Positions 1 through 12,277 of a DNA stretch of 64,000 bases are shown here, piece by piece (the stretch's first letter is position 1; the number at the start of each line of letters is the position of its first letter). Both the position numbers and the translations under genes were made by a program. Below the pieces are notes generated by a model, which did not search any database, had not been told where the DNA came from, and was given only the letters and a program-made list of their open reading frames with translations. The DNA is taken from positions 7,564,001-7,628,000 of the forward strand of contig JBHGNT010000021.1 in assembly GCA_043228905.1 (NCBI GenBank), read 5' to 3'. This DNA is from Azolla caroliniana (Eukaryota; Plantae; Polypodiophyta).

Positions 1-393
1 CAGATTAGTTGTGAAGGGATTTTGACAAGAATATGGCGTCGACTTTGACGAAATCTTTTCACTAGTGGTGAAAATGACAACCCTTTGTTTCATGCTCGGC
101 ATCGTGGCTGCTGACAACTTGGAGCTGATTCAGCTAGATGTAAAAACGACATTTCTCCACGGTGACCTATAGGAGGAAATCTATATGGAGCAGCCGAAAG
201 GCTTTGTCGCATCCTATCAGGAACATCTAGTCTGCTGACTCAGGAAGAGTCTATACAGCTTGAAACAGGCACCCCGACAGTGGTACAAGAAGTTCGACGA
301 ATTCATCCAGTCGGTCGGCTTCTCCAAGAGCGATGAGGACCACTGTCTCTTCACCAAAACAGCTCAAGACGGGTCTCCCATCTTCCTCATCAT
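1..393 (+). pseudogene. Copia reverse transcriptase fragment with in-frame stops
   Basis: Reads RLVVKGF*QEYGVDFDEIFS...LIQLDVKTTFLHGDL*EEIYMEQPKGF...LKQAPRQWYKKFD...GSPIFLII and stops just before YVDD, where the gypsy LTR begins. Confidence 0.9.
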
Positions 394-887
394 TGTTGTC
401 CATAGGCCAAAAATAGAAATTAGTTAAATATAATACGCCGGAAGTAAGGCGAGTAGGTAAGGGAGAATTAGGTAAAACGCTGAGTTTCGAGCCTCACAGT
501 TAGCCGACCGCTCGGCGCTGTATGAAGGAAAAGAAGTATTTAAACCGAGGTCTGCGTACCTCGGCAGGAGAGGGATATCCAGAGCCTAGGCAAGGTCGTT
601 ACATAGATATAAAAGCTTTGTAAGGCTACCCGATGTGGGCCGTTGTTTTTTTGTAAACATCGCTAACGATTATAGTAATACATATCTATTTGCTCTTATT
701 GTTTTCATCTGTGTGTCATCATTTCTAAGGTCTCAACTACGTATACGACCCGGGCTCTATTCCGGGTATGCTCTTCGTGTTCTTCCCTTAACGACACCCC
801 GTGCACAACAAGTCTTCACGATTATACTTCCCTTGATACCGATAGCTCATAGGCATATTGAAGGTGTTTCCGGCAGAACGGTTAACA
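394..887 (+). repeat. 5' LTR of the degenerate gypsy element
   Basis: TGTT...AACA ends and a TATAAAA at ~608. Followed after 5 nt by TGGCATGCCC, the same PBS-like motif as in the element at 8893. Confidence 0.75.
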
Positions 888-1212
888 CAATTTGGCATGC
901 CCAATTACAGCTGTGAGATCACAGCGAACTACGTTGAAGACAACCTTCAGCCGCCATTACGACGCCCAATCACATTAAGTGGTTTCGGTCATCTGGCCGA
1001 TGCCCTGAGCCAGTCGAAGGCACTTCCGACTCGGCGGTCACTGACCAGTCCTTCCCAGAAACATCGGAGGCTCACCGGTTGCCATCCTTGCCACCTGCTA
1101 CTCGGTCGTGAGTCGAGTCCACACCAACCTCCCCACCAAGTCCTCCAAAGGTCACCCACCCTAACCCTAACCCTTTTCTCGCTTTTTACCGGAAGACTCC
1201 GAATTAGATACC

Positions 1213-3220
1213 ATGTCATATCCCTACCCACGATACACTGACAGCCCCGACGCGGAGTCGCATCTTCGTGCCTTCGTGTCCACCTGGCAGGCCAACCACT
1301 CAACCCAGCGCCTCTCGCCTCCCGAAATCGAGGCCTCAAAAAATGCCGAGTTTACGCTATCCCTCGATGGACAAGCTGCGCGATGGTATTCTGGCCTCGA
1401 CACAGGGGAGTTTGGCACCTTCCACGACGTTCACACACAGTTCCTAGAATTGTTCCATCGCAAGGTGCCCAAACAAGAATTGCTTCGGCAGTTCTTCTCC
1501 ATGCGACAAGAACCGCACGAGACGGTCGCATAGTTCACGATCCGGTTCCGGGATCTCTACAGACAAGTGGCTGACGATGTCTCTGCACAACACATTCCAG
1601 ACGTATTCCTGTCCAGCCTACGAGAGCCTCTACGAATGACTCTTGCACTTACTAATTTTGACAACCAAACGATCGAGCAAGTCATAGCGCGCGTCCTCTC
1701 CCTCGATCGGATTTAGCAAAGCACAACTTTCACTATGAGTTCACTGCAAAGCGCCCTTCCCTAGGAGGACAATCGCTTCCGCCATGCCCTCCAATGCACA
1801 GTTGATTCGGGATCGGGCCATCTGGCCCTTGAATGTCCTCACCGACCACTGTGTCTGATCTGCCAGTCCCGATCCCACACTGTTGAACACTATGAATACA
1901 ATATGCTCAACCGCACAACGACGGCTCCGGTTCGCCAGATCGAGCCTCGGGATACATACTCTCATCAGGACGAGCGCCAATCCTATCGGAACCAGGATAA
2001 CCAATGACTGCGATCGCCGGATAGACGGCGCCGTAACAACGATTATCATTGGGACGACGACCGTTACCGAAACGACAACCAACGGAGATCGGACGACCAC
2101 TGTGATCGCTATCACGATGACCACTACCGGGCAAACGACGATTATGATCGCAATGAAGAGGATCGGGATGACCGTTACGATCAGAGAAATTTCCGTAATG
2201 ATCGACGCAACTCTCACCGAGGATCGCGCAATAACCGAAGGAATAACGACAACCAAGCTGCCAAAGAATGGATGGATACGGCCAACAAAAACAATGTGGT
2301 GCGGATGCACACGGAAATGGGAGACGCGACCATCGGAGCAACACAGTCCTCGGCTCCAGCCACGACGGCAGAAGATGACCAGCTGTGGGACGCCCTTACC
2401 AGTTCCAGGATCTGCTTACCTCTGATAAACTCTTACCACTCATGCCGCATTTTGGGGACACCTTGGCTTCACTCACGGCCAACAACCATTCCACCGCACC
2501 ACCTGTGCACCTGGCCAAGCCAGGAACGGGTCCACCTCTCATGGATGCGCAAAATCCAGCCATAAAAATTATGATTAAAGGGAAGGACCTACACGGGTGC
2601 ATAATCGACGGCGGCTCTGGCGTGAATGTCATCAGCGAGGCTACCTGTCGTAAACTCAGCATGAATCAATGGGAACCTTGCTCCTTTTCACTTCAGACGG
2701 CCGACACACGATCAGTTTGCCCCATCGGATTAATCCGCCACCTCGACTTTACTCTAGGACGCCACATGTTCACTATTTCGGCCATTGGCTTACCCAATGT
2801 TACTGGGCAGACCATGGTTGCGCACAGCCAATATCAAACAACATTGGCAGCGCAACATGATCTCGTTTCGCCGAGGAAAGACCAAGGTCCGGATCATAAC
2901 CGAAGAACGCGTAACCACGTCCCACAACACTTCGCCGTTATACGCGGAAGGGGTGCACATGCTCGACAGATTAGCCGATGACGAGGTGGACGATTTCCTA
3001 GAAGACCATCCCATACCTCTCTTCGAAATCGACGCCATGTCGGCCATCGGCACACCTCTAGACGAGGATGAGCCCGATCCCACCACCGTTGCCGAATTAC
3101 GACACGCTCGGGACGCTTTTGAACGTGAACTCGCCATCTCCCAATGCGTGAAGGCATCGACGCTCGAAACACTGAACCTCGGTTCAGACGAAACCCCTCG
3201 GACCCTACAGATTGCTAATA
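1213..3220 (+). pseudogene. gypsy gag-protease pseudogene
   Basis: MSYPYPRYTDSPDAESHLRAF...AEFTLSLDG aligns with gag of the 9407 ORF. Aspartic protease DGGS motif in ORF 2385-2981. Broken by stops and frameshifts. Confidence 0.85.
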
Positions 3221-3245
3221 GGGTGAAAGCATACGAGTGGAAACA
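3221..3245 (+). repeat. Left terminal inverted repeat
   Basis: Reverse complement of 26570-26594 with 2 mismatches. Confidence 0.92.
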
Positions 3246-3573
3246 ATTAGCTATGTCCTTGACATAGCTAATTAGCTATGCAAAAAGCTACCATTGATAA
3301 ATAGTCATTTTAGTAAAAAGCCATCATTAATAAATTAAGTATGCAAAAAACTACCATTGAAAATACTAGAGTGTTTTAATTACATATGTAAATGAGTGCC
3401 ATAAATGTGCAACATAAATTGATGTGTGCACCATAAATGTGTACCATAAATTATATATCGAATTCCTAGGTCCATTATGCATGATCCTTTGCCACATCAC
3501 GTAGGCCATCTCTAGTTGAGTACTGTGGGTTAGTTGCTACCACTGTTGCTAAACCCTATCGAGTCCACCTGCC

Positions 3574-4260
3574 GCCACTCTACACTGAGGGGCCGCTACT
3601 GTGCGTTCCAAGCATCATCAAAGAGCTGCTCAATCTGACGGGGTTCTCTTCTCTGTGACACTCTACACTCAGGGGCCACTACTGTGCATTCCAAGCATCA
3701 TCAAAGAGCTGTTCAATCTGACGGGGTTCTCTTCTCTGTGCCACTCTACACTCAGGGGCCATTACTGTGCGTTCCAAGCATCATCAAAGAGCTGTTCAAT
3801 CTGAGGGGGTTCTCTTCTCTGTGCCACTCTACACTCAGGGGCCATTACTGTGCGTTCCAAGCATCATCAAAGAGCTGTTCAATCTGACGGGGTTCTCTTC
3901 TCTGTGCCACTCTACACTCAGGGGCCGCTGCTGTGCGTTCCAAGCATCATCAAAGAGCTGTTCAATCTGACGGGGTTCTCTTCTCTTTGCCACTCTACAC
4001 TCAGGGGCTGCTACTGTGCGTTCCAAGCATAATCAAAGAGCTATTCAATCTGACGGGGTTCTCTTCTCTTTTCCACTCTCACTCAGGGGCCGCTACTGTG
4101 CGTTTCAAGCATCATTGGTAACTGTTCAATCTGACGGGGTTCTCTTCTCTATGCCACTCTATTCTCAAGTGCCTTCTATGTGCGTTTCAAGCATCATCGG
4201 TAACTGTTCAATCTGACGGGGTTCTCTCCTCCATTGCCATCATTCTATACTCAGTTGCCA
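3574..4260. repeat. 83-bp tandem minisatellite (about 8 units, decaying rightwards) upstream of the transposase
   Basis: Unit GCCACTCTACACTCAGGGGCC...GGGGTTCTCTTCTCTGT. The ORF-track echoes start every 83 bp (3601, 3684, 3767, 3850, 3933, 4016). Confidence 0.95.
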
Positions 4261-4562
4261 CTACTGTCCAGTCCCGGATTGCTTCCACATTTCGATTTGA
4301 CGGAGTTCACTCATCCAACGGCAACATTCTACACTCAGTTGTTGCCATTGGTCGGTCTTGGATCGCCTCCTCAACTGTTGGATCCAACGGAGTGAAATCC
4401 TCTACTGTTCGGTCTTGGATTGCAATAACTTTTCTGTCTATTGATTATCTTGTGTATTGTTGTGTCTAATCTTGTGTATTGTGTGGAATATTTTTGTGTA
4501 TTGTTGTTGCCCATAGCCATCTTTAATACTTGTTTTCTTTTCTGGAAATTTAGGGTTTTAAC

Positions 4563-7500
4563 ATGTCCAGCCAAATGGAAGGGGAAGAAGGGTGTTTAGA
4601 ATTACCCCTCAATGATCATAAGGATAGGGATGATGTTATCAGGACACAACAAGCCATACGAAACTATTGGGCAGAAAAAAAAAGGAAACATCGTCAATTG
4701 TTGAAGGATACGAAAGCCACACTCAGTAAAGGTAAGGATAGTTTAGCTGAGAATGTAAGTAATGTGACTACCATCATAGAGAGAAAGGTTGTAGACTATT
4801 TCAATGTTCAAACCAAGCACATCAGCAATGAAGAAAAGAAGGTAGTACTTTATGGAATATGTAATGATCCATCGATAAAGGACTTAGTTGATTGTGATGG
4901 TCTTAATGCAAACATATCATCTATTTTAGTAAATAATCTTCGTAATAGTTTCGTATCCATGAGTAGGTCAGAAGATGATCTTGTCTTAAAAAGGTCTAGT
5001 CTAATGATGTTACTTAATAGTGATGTTGACGATATAAACATCAGTGAACTATCTAAGGTAATTGGTGTTAGTAGAAAAACAGTGTACAATACAATGAACC
5101 GTATAATTTCCTCGGGTGAAGGAACTAGTCTACTAAAGCTAACTACAAGATGTAAGCCAATGACACCCATAACATTTGAAATCAAGGATGTAATCACAAT
5201 GTTTTGGACTAATGAGAGTAGGGTTTCACCCAATAAAAAGGATTTATGCAGGAAACGTGTTGGAAGAAATCAATACGAGGAGCATCCCATTCATCTTCTT
5301 GATGTACCTCAGGTATTTACATTTATCTCAACATTTGTTTTGACTCTACTCGGAAAGTTAATTAGCTCAGTTAGCAGAAAAGCTAATTAGCTTATCAGTT
5401 ACATTTACCTCAGTTAGCTACTAGGATCGCTACTACATAGGTAACTAGCTACTCTCAATAGTTACTACCATGATAGCTAATTAGCTATTCTCAATAGCTA
5501 ATTTAGGTACTACCAGATAATTAGCTGTACTGTTAGCTAGTTAGCTATCATGGTAGCTAGTTAGCTATTTCGTTATTACCAGCTAATTAGCTACTAGGAA
5601 AGCTAATTAGCTACCATGATAGCTAATTAGCTACTATGATAGCTACTACATAGGTAACTGGCTACTCTCAATAGCTACTACCATGATAGCTAATTAGTTA
5701 TTCTCAATAGCTAATTTAGGTACTACCAGATAATTAGTTGTACTGGAAGCTAGTTAGCTATCATGGTAGCTAGTTTGTTATTTCGTTATTACCAGCTAAT
5801 TAGCTACTAGGAAAGCTAATTAGCTACCATGATAGCTAATTAGCCACCGTGATAGCTAATTAGCTACTAGACCAGCTAATTTGCTACCATGATAGCTAAT
5901 TAGTCAGGATAGCTAATTAGCCACCATTATAGCTAATTAGCTACTAGACCAGCTAATTAGCTACCATGATAGCTAATTAGTTACTATGACAGCTAATTAG
6001 CCACCATGATAGCTAATTAGTTAGGATAGCTAATTAGCCACCATTATAGCTAATTAGCTACTAGACCAGCTAATTAGCTACCATGATAGCTAATTAGTTA
6101 CTAGGACAGCTAATTAGCCACCATGATAGCTAATTAGCTACCCTGATAGCTAATTAGTTAGGATAGCTAATTAGCCACCATATAGCTAATTAGCTACTAG
6201 ACCAGCTAATTAGCTACCATGATAGCTAATTAGTTACTAGGACAACTAATTAGCCACCATGATAGCTAATTAGCTACCATGATAGCTAATTAGCTACTAG
6301 ACCAACTAATTAGCTACCATGATAGCTAATTAGTTACTAGGAAAGCTAATTAGCCACCATTATAACTAATTAGCTACTAGACCAGCTAATTAGCTACCAT
6401 GATAGCTAATTAGCTACTAGACCAGCTAATTAGCTACCATGATAGCTAATTAGTTACTAGGAAAGCTAATTAGCCACCATGATAGCTAATTAGCTACTAG
6501 ACCAGCTAATTAGCTACCATGATAGCTAATTAGTTACTAGGAAAGCTAATTAGCCACCATGATAGCTAATTAGCTACTAGAGCAGCTAATTAGCTACCAT
6601 GATAGCTAATTAGCTACTAGGACAACTAATTAGCTACTAGGACAGCTAATTAGCTACCATGATAGCTAATTAGCTACTACGACAGCTAATTAGCTACCAT
6701 GATAGCTAATTAGCTACTAGAATAGCTAATTAGCTACTAGAATAGCTAATTAGCTACCATGATAGCTAATTAGCTACTACGACAGCTAATTAGCTACCAT
6801 GATAGCTAATTAGCTACTAGGACAACTAATTAGCTACTAGGACAACTAATTAGCTACCATGATAGCAAATTAGCTACTAGGACAACTAATTAGCTACCAT
6901 GATAGCAAATTAGCTACTAGGACAGCTAATTAGCTACCATTATAGCTAACTAGCTACTAGAATAGCTAATTAGCTACTAGGATAGTTCGCTAGTTACGAG
7001 AATAACTAATTCCCCTTTATTACGCAGGTCGATTTATTTATTAGGTTCAAACGAATGCATCCAACTATCAAAGTTCAACTACGAACATTCGAGTCTCTTA
7101 AGCCACACTTTGTGAGACGCTTAAAGGATCGATACACATGTTGTTGCATTTACCATGTACAGATGGGTTTTCTGAAGGACTCTGTTAATCTACTACGTCA
7201 CCATAGCGCATCCCTAACTAATAAAGTTTGCACATGTGGGTGCCCAATCTGTCGATCAAGCCCGCAAGAGGAGTGTAAATCATCTGAGCACGTTATCTCT
7301 TCCATGAGTTATTTATTAGATTCAATATTGTGTCCGAGAGAAACTGACGCTATCTTCCATATTCATAAATGTGTCATGGGTGTTTATGTCAAGATTGTGG
7401 CCCTACTAGATTTAGGTGGTGTCCAAATGAATTGAGTAGTGAAATATTGATCTCTGTGAAGTTATTTGAGTCAATGAACACCAATTTCGAAGGAAAGGTG

Positions 7501-8871
7501 TGTAAAAGAAAGGATCTAGTTCGGAAGATGCTTAAACCAAGGGATTTGGTGTCTCTGTTTGTATTATCTCTAGGAAAGTTCATTAAACACAACTTCATTT
7601 ATTCATGGCAGGCCCATCAGTTTAAGACTTGCATATCTGATTTCCCAAATGATGTAGTAGTCTCAGTAGTAGATTTCGCAGAGAATTATACTTTCAAGCA
7701 GCAGAATGAAATTCAATCTATGCATTGGTGTTCAGTTCAGGTAACCATTTTTGTGCACATAACATATTTTCGAGTTTCAGGTGATGTTAAAAAAGTAATT
7801 CATTTCTTTATTTCCGATGATAAGAAGCATGATACCTTGTTCGTCCAACACTGTTTTAAGTTACATTGGCAGTGGTTATTAGCTCAACGTTTGGAGCTTA
7901 CTCAACATTGGGTCTGGTCTGACGGAGCTGCGTCACAATTCAAGGCTCGACGTCCATTTTATTTTGTGGGGAGGTATCCTGCTATAACAGGTTTGGAGAT
8001 GAGATGGAATTTTTTTGGGTCTGGCCATGGTAAAGGTGAACATGATGGTGCAGGGGCTGTTATAAAGCGGGCACTTACCCATGAACAACTAAAGACAGAT
8101 GGTGTGCACATGAATTGTGCATCACATGTAGTTGAATTTTTAAGAACAAATATGTCAACGAGTGCCACAGGTGTTTATTCCTCGCAAGTCCGAGATATCA
8201 AACGTGAATTTTGGGAAGTGAAGATAGATGAAGTAAATAGGGAGAAGACCTGGGAGTGCCAAGGAATTCCCGAATTGCGATCTCTGCATGATGTTCGCGG
8301 TTATTCCAGGTTGGATGGTCATTGTATTGCGGTTAGAGAATTGACTTGTTTTTGCTTCCATTGTGTGCAGGGAAATTGGAGATATTGTCTAAACAAAGCA
8401 TACATTCAGAATTGGGAGTATCACACTCTGAATGATAAGGAAGCAGTTGATGGAGAAACAGGGCAGAATGCTGACTTCACATATGAGGGACTTGGAGATA
8501 CTTTGAGTGATGTCCTGAACGTTGGGGATAACTTCGCTGTAAATGCTGAAGAAGGCAATTCAGAGGGTGTTGATTTCTATATATTAAAGTGCACGGTTAG
8601 TAAACAGTGTGCAAGGCAGAATATTGTAGATGCATGGGGAAATTTTGTATCTGCCGAGACATTCTACATCGAAGGCATTTTTTATGCAAAACTAGATGAC
8701 TACGAATATGTGTACAGGCTGTTAGAAGACAAACCAGCGGCGTATATGTACTCTCATTTGGTCAGGTGTATCAACGTCCCAATGTCAGAATACAATAACT
8801 GCTCCGGTTTATACACTGTTGGTGCTAATGTGTATGAATGTATTTACAATAGTATGCCATGGAATTTGTAG
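4563..8871 (+). CDS. Sola2-like DDD transposase; two exons (4563-5312, 7028-8871) with one frameshift near 7380
   Basis: A GT-AG intron at 5313-7027 joins ...LLDVPQ|VDLFIRFKRMHP in frame. Cys cluster CCCIYH...CTCGCPIC. Catalytic-type motifs VVDFAENY, WSDGAASQFK and GHGKGEHDGAGAVIKR. C-terminal CFCFHC. Confidence 0.8.
5355..7010. repeat. Array of the palindrome TAGCTAATTAGCTA with short variable spacers, filling the transposase intron
   Basis: ~20-bp period, with spacers such as CCATGA, CTAGGA and CTAGAC. Confidence 0.95.
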
Positions 8872-8892
8872 CTACAAGTAGCACTTACCATG

Positions 8893-9347
8893 TGTTACCC
8901 GGACCCGGACAGTCAGTTTTACCGAACAAGTGGGAAAGCGTCGAAAACGGAGTCGGTTCGGATCGACTGTTCGGATCAATGACTCAGCAGTGAACAAAGA
9001 GAACTAAGTTAGTTAGATAATTTTGTAATTCTTGATAGTAAGTAGGAATAGTTCTTGATGAGAAAAGGCCTTCGGTATACCTATAAAAGGGAACCGAAGG
9101 CATTGTAAGATGGTCGTTTATTTAGTAATATAAGTTTAAGTTAGGAATATCATGTACGGATTTTGTGTTCTTTCTATTGTCTATGTTGTTAAGTGCAATC
9201 TTCCTAATTTATAACTAAGTAACGATCACGGTAATTACCGATTAATATAGTATATTTCCGTTCGTAAAACACAATTCCTTGTTAGAACGTTGAGTAGCGA
9301 CGTTCACTCTTCTGTATCGGTAGTAGTTAGTAATTAGCCGATTAACA
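8893..9347 (+). repeat. 5' LTR
   Basis: TGTTA...TAACA, direct repeat of 14026-14480. Confidence 0.95.
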
Positions 9348-9406
9348 CAGAAGAAATTTGGCATGCCCGGTTACATCTGCAATTAAGCAGAGAACAAATC
9401 GAATGG

Positions 9407-12262
9407 ATGTCGTATGAAGAGGAGACATCAGTCGGTTGTAAGCGCCCTCGTACAAGGTTAGTTACGAAGGCAGTGCAGGAAGCGTTCATTGCGCAAGAAC
9501 AGCCGGAATCAAGCACAAAGTGGTCAAAACTTCCTGACTTATCCGATCAATTACCTTCAGACGAAAAACAGACGGAAGAGGTATCGTTTTACGACATTTG
9601 GGACGATATGCCTTATACTTATTCTAAGTTCCGGGAAGGAACAGATGCGGAAGCACATGTTAGGGATTTCTTAACGACATGGGAGATTAACCATGGAGCT
9701 CAGCGATTGTCGGCAGATGCCGAAGATAAGTCAAAAATCGCTGAGTTCGTCTTATCATTAGAAGGATATTCCGCCAATTGGTTTGCGCAGAACGGTCTTC
9801 AAGGATTTCCATCCTTTGAAGTGTTAACTAGTAAATTTTTACAATTATTTCATCAACAAATTCCGCAGAAGGATTTGATTGCGCAATTTTATGCGTTATA
9901 TCAAGAAAAAAATGAAACAGTATCTCAGTTTGTGATACGATTTCAGAACTTACAGCTTCAGATTTCAAGGCCGATTCCGGATAATGAATTAAAAGAAGTC
10001 TTTCTAGAAGCTGTAAAAGAACCATTAAGGACGACATTGAAAGTGTTCGATTTTCGAAATCAGACTATCGAACAAGTAATTGATAAAGCAATAGAAATGG
10101 GTCGACCACCGGTCAATGTTCAGAGTATGGACATGTCGGCATTACAACGTACATTACCAACAATAGAGGAGTTACAATTTCGTCAAGCAGTTCAATGCAC
10201 CACTTGTTTAAATACGGGGCATTCGGCAATTGAATGTACGTTAAGAACACATTGTACAATATGTCATTCAAAATTACATTCAGTAGAACAATGTGAATAT
10301 AATCTGCTTAATAAAACTACGGCGTCAGTACGACAAATTTTTACTGACAATGGTTACCAAAATAACACTAATCTGTTCAATGGTTATCAAAATAATAATT
10401 TTTCACAAAATCAGCAAAATGTACAACAAAATCCAACTTTTCAACAAAATCCGGTTCTACAGCCAAATCAGATCTTTTCACAACAAAATATTCAACCCAC
10501 TCAAGTAACTCAAGCATTTCAACCAGGTTTTGCTCAATCCAACCCACCATTCGTACAGAATCCGAATCAATATTTTCAACAAAATAATCAAAGTTTCCAA
10601 CAAGGTAACCCACCATTTCAAGGGTTTCAACAGAACTGTCCGAATGTGCAACCGAATTCTGCATTTCAACCAAATCCGGCATTTCAACCGGGTAATATGA
10701 CCTTTCAACATAATACTCAAACCGTTCCACAAAATAATCAAATGTTTCAACAGAATAATTTTCCGCCAAATCAGGAGTTCGGGATAACACAAAATGTAGC
10801 ACAACCAAATGATAATACCGAACAATTTAGGCAGAATCGGTATAAAAATAAGAAATTTTACAAACCAAAAGCTACACGTCAATTCCAACAAAACCCGAGT
10901 GGTAATGAAGAGCAACAATTTAATAACGGCCAATTTGCACATGGAGAGACCGGTGGAACATTTGTACCCACTTGTTATATTTGTCGTCAACTAGGCCATT
11001 ATGCTAATCAATGTCCGGTTAAAGGAAAGGGTCCAGCAGTTAATATGGTAATACCGGAAGTTCAGCAAGTAACGACACGCAGCAAAAGCAAACAATCAGA
11101 GTGGGAAATTCAGGAAGAAGTTCGGAAGGCGGCAAAAGAATGGGTTGACGAAGCAAATCAAAGTAATGTGAATCGAATGTTACAAGACAATAACATTGAC
11201 CAGAACATCGCTGTACAACAGTCATTGGGGAATAAGGAACAGGAAGAAACTTGGAAACTGTTGGCTGATTGCCAAGTGTCATTGCCACTTACGGGCTTAC
11301 TTAAGTTAGTACCAAGGTTTACAGAAAAAGTGGCAGCATTAATTGCATATAAAGGTTCCGAACAAATAGCAGTACACTACAATCAGCCAAGTAATAACCC
11401 TTCGTGCCCTAGCTCGCCCAAACTCTGTTTTTCTGATTTTCATCGCTACAGAAGCTGTGCAGATCTCCAACTGTCATCGACAAGTGATTCAGAACAAGCA
11501 AACACAGAAGTCATGCCGATTCCTGTGTCTGAAGAACTGCGACTGTGGCTTTATGAGAGAAACTTACAAGGTTTCATCAAAGTAGCAGAAGCGGAACCTC
11601 ATCCGCAGGCGGAAGAATTGGTACAACAATTAGACATCACCAAGGTCACCACAAAGAAAATACGAAATGCATTACAGATGCCAAGAGGAGGCTTTGAGGC
11701 AGTTAAAAAACCTTCATCAGAAGCATTCCAATCGTATTTCGGGGAATCCTCACCCTCGGCAAAAGCATATCAGACTTATGGAGGTCGGGATGAGTTTTTC
11801 CATGAAGTGGCTAGATTTTTACTAGAGGTGGGATTTGTCAGTCCCCGTTTTTATTGTATGCCGAAAAAAAGGGTTGGGTTTATCATAGCCGCATACGAAA
11901 AAGAGGATTTCAACTGGCCACTATTGTCGGGGGAAGCTCTGAGAGAGCAGCTACAAGGGGTAAAAACAGGAAAACCAATGAAGCAAATTTTTGGTCGTTG
12001 GCTATCGGTATTGTTTCCGATTCAAGAATCGGAAACTCCTGTTCAGTCAAGAAGACCACCGATAGTACAAGCACCTCGAAGACACCGACAGGTAGTACAT
12101 GAAGAATGGATAGAGGAAGAATCGGCACATGCCGATAATATACAAACGGATATTCCTCAGTCGGAACCACCAAGACCAGAGAATTCCGAAAACAGGCAAC
12201 CAGCAGCCGAACAAGAAACAGTTGACCATTTGATAAACAAGCAGCAGCCGACAGAAAATTGA
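9407..12262 (+). CDS. Gag (capsid-like region, Cys/His knuckles, Q/N-rich linker) fused in frame to the N-terminal part of the accessory ORF
   Basis: 951-aa ORF with CCHC knuckles CTTCLNTGHSAIEC and CYICRQLGHYANQC. From M at 11513 it aligns with the extra ORF of the older gypsy (29936 onward). Confidence 0.8.
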   Translation: MSYEEETSVGCKRPRTRLVTKAVQEAFIAQEQPESSTKWSKLPDLSDQLPSDEKQTEEVSFYDIWDDMPYTYSKFREGTDAEAHVRDFLTTWEINHGAQRLSADAEDKSKIAEFVLSLEGYSANWFAQNGLQGFPSFEVLTSKFLQLFHQQIPQKDLIAQFYALYQEKNETVSQFVIRFQNLQLQISRPIPDNELKEVFLEAVKEPLRTTLKVFDFRNQTIEQVIDKAIEMGRPPVNVQSMDMSALQRTLPTIEELQFRQAVQCTTCLNTGHSAIECTLRTHCTICHSKLHSVEQCEYNLLNKTTASVRQIFTDNGYQNNTNLFNGYQNNNFSQNQQNVQQNPTFQQNPVLQPNQIFSQQNIQPTQVTQAFQPGFAQSNPPFVQNPNQYFQQNNQSFQQGNPPFQGFQQNCPNVQPNSAFQPNPAFQPGNMTFQHNTQTVPQNNQMFQQNNFPPNQEFGITQNVAQPNDNTEQFRQNRYKNKKFYKPKATRQFQQNPSGNEEQQFNNGQFAHGETGGTFVPTCYICRQLGHYANQCPVKGKGPAVNMVIPEVQQVTTRSKSKQSEWEIQEEVRKAAKEWVDEANQSNVNRMLQDNNIDQNIAVQQSLGNKEQEETWKLLADCQVSLPLTGLLKLVPRFTEKVAALIAYKGSEQIAVHYNQPSNNPSCPSSPKLCFSDFHRYRSCADLQLSSTSDSEQANTEVMPIPVSEELRLWLYERNLQGFIKVAEAEPHPQAEELVQQLDITKVTTKKIRNALQMPRGGFEAVKKPSSEAFQSYFGESSPSAKAYQTYGGRDEFFHEVARFLLEVGFVSPRFYCMPKKRVGFIIAAYEKEDFNWPLLSGEALREQLQGVKTGKPMKQIFGRWLSVLFPIQESETPVQSRRPPIVQAPRRHRQVVHEEWIEEESAHADNIQTDIPQSEPPRPENSENRQPAAEQETVDHLINKQQPTEN

Positions 12263-12277
12263 CAACAAACAGAGAAG

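Noticed and set aside
3601-4216. Series of near-identical 60-67 aa ORFs
   Set aside because: Artefacts of the 83-bp tandem repeat.
5355-7010. CRISPR-like appearance (palindromic repeat plus variable spacer)
   Set aside because: The spacers are only ~6 bp and recur many times, there are no cas genes, and the context is a eukaryotic intron.
10340-10930. Stand-alone prion-like Q/N-rich gene
   Set aside because: It is a low-complexity linker between zinc knuckles inside retroelement Gag.
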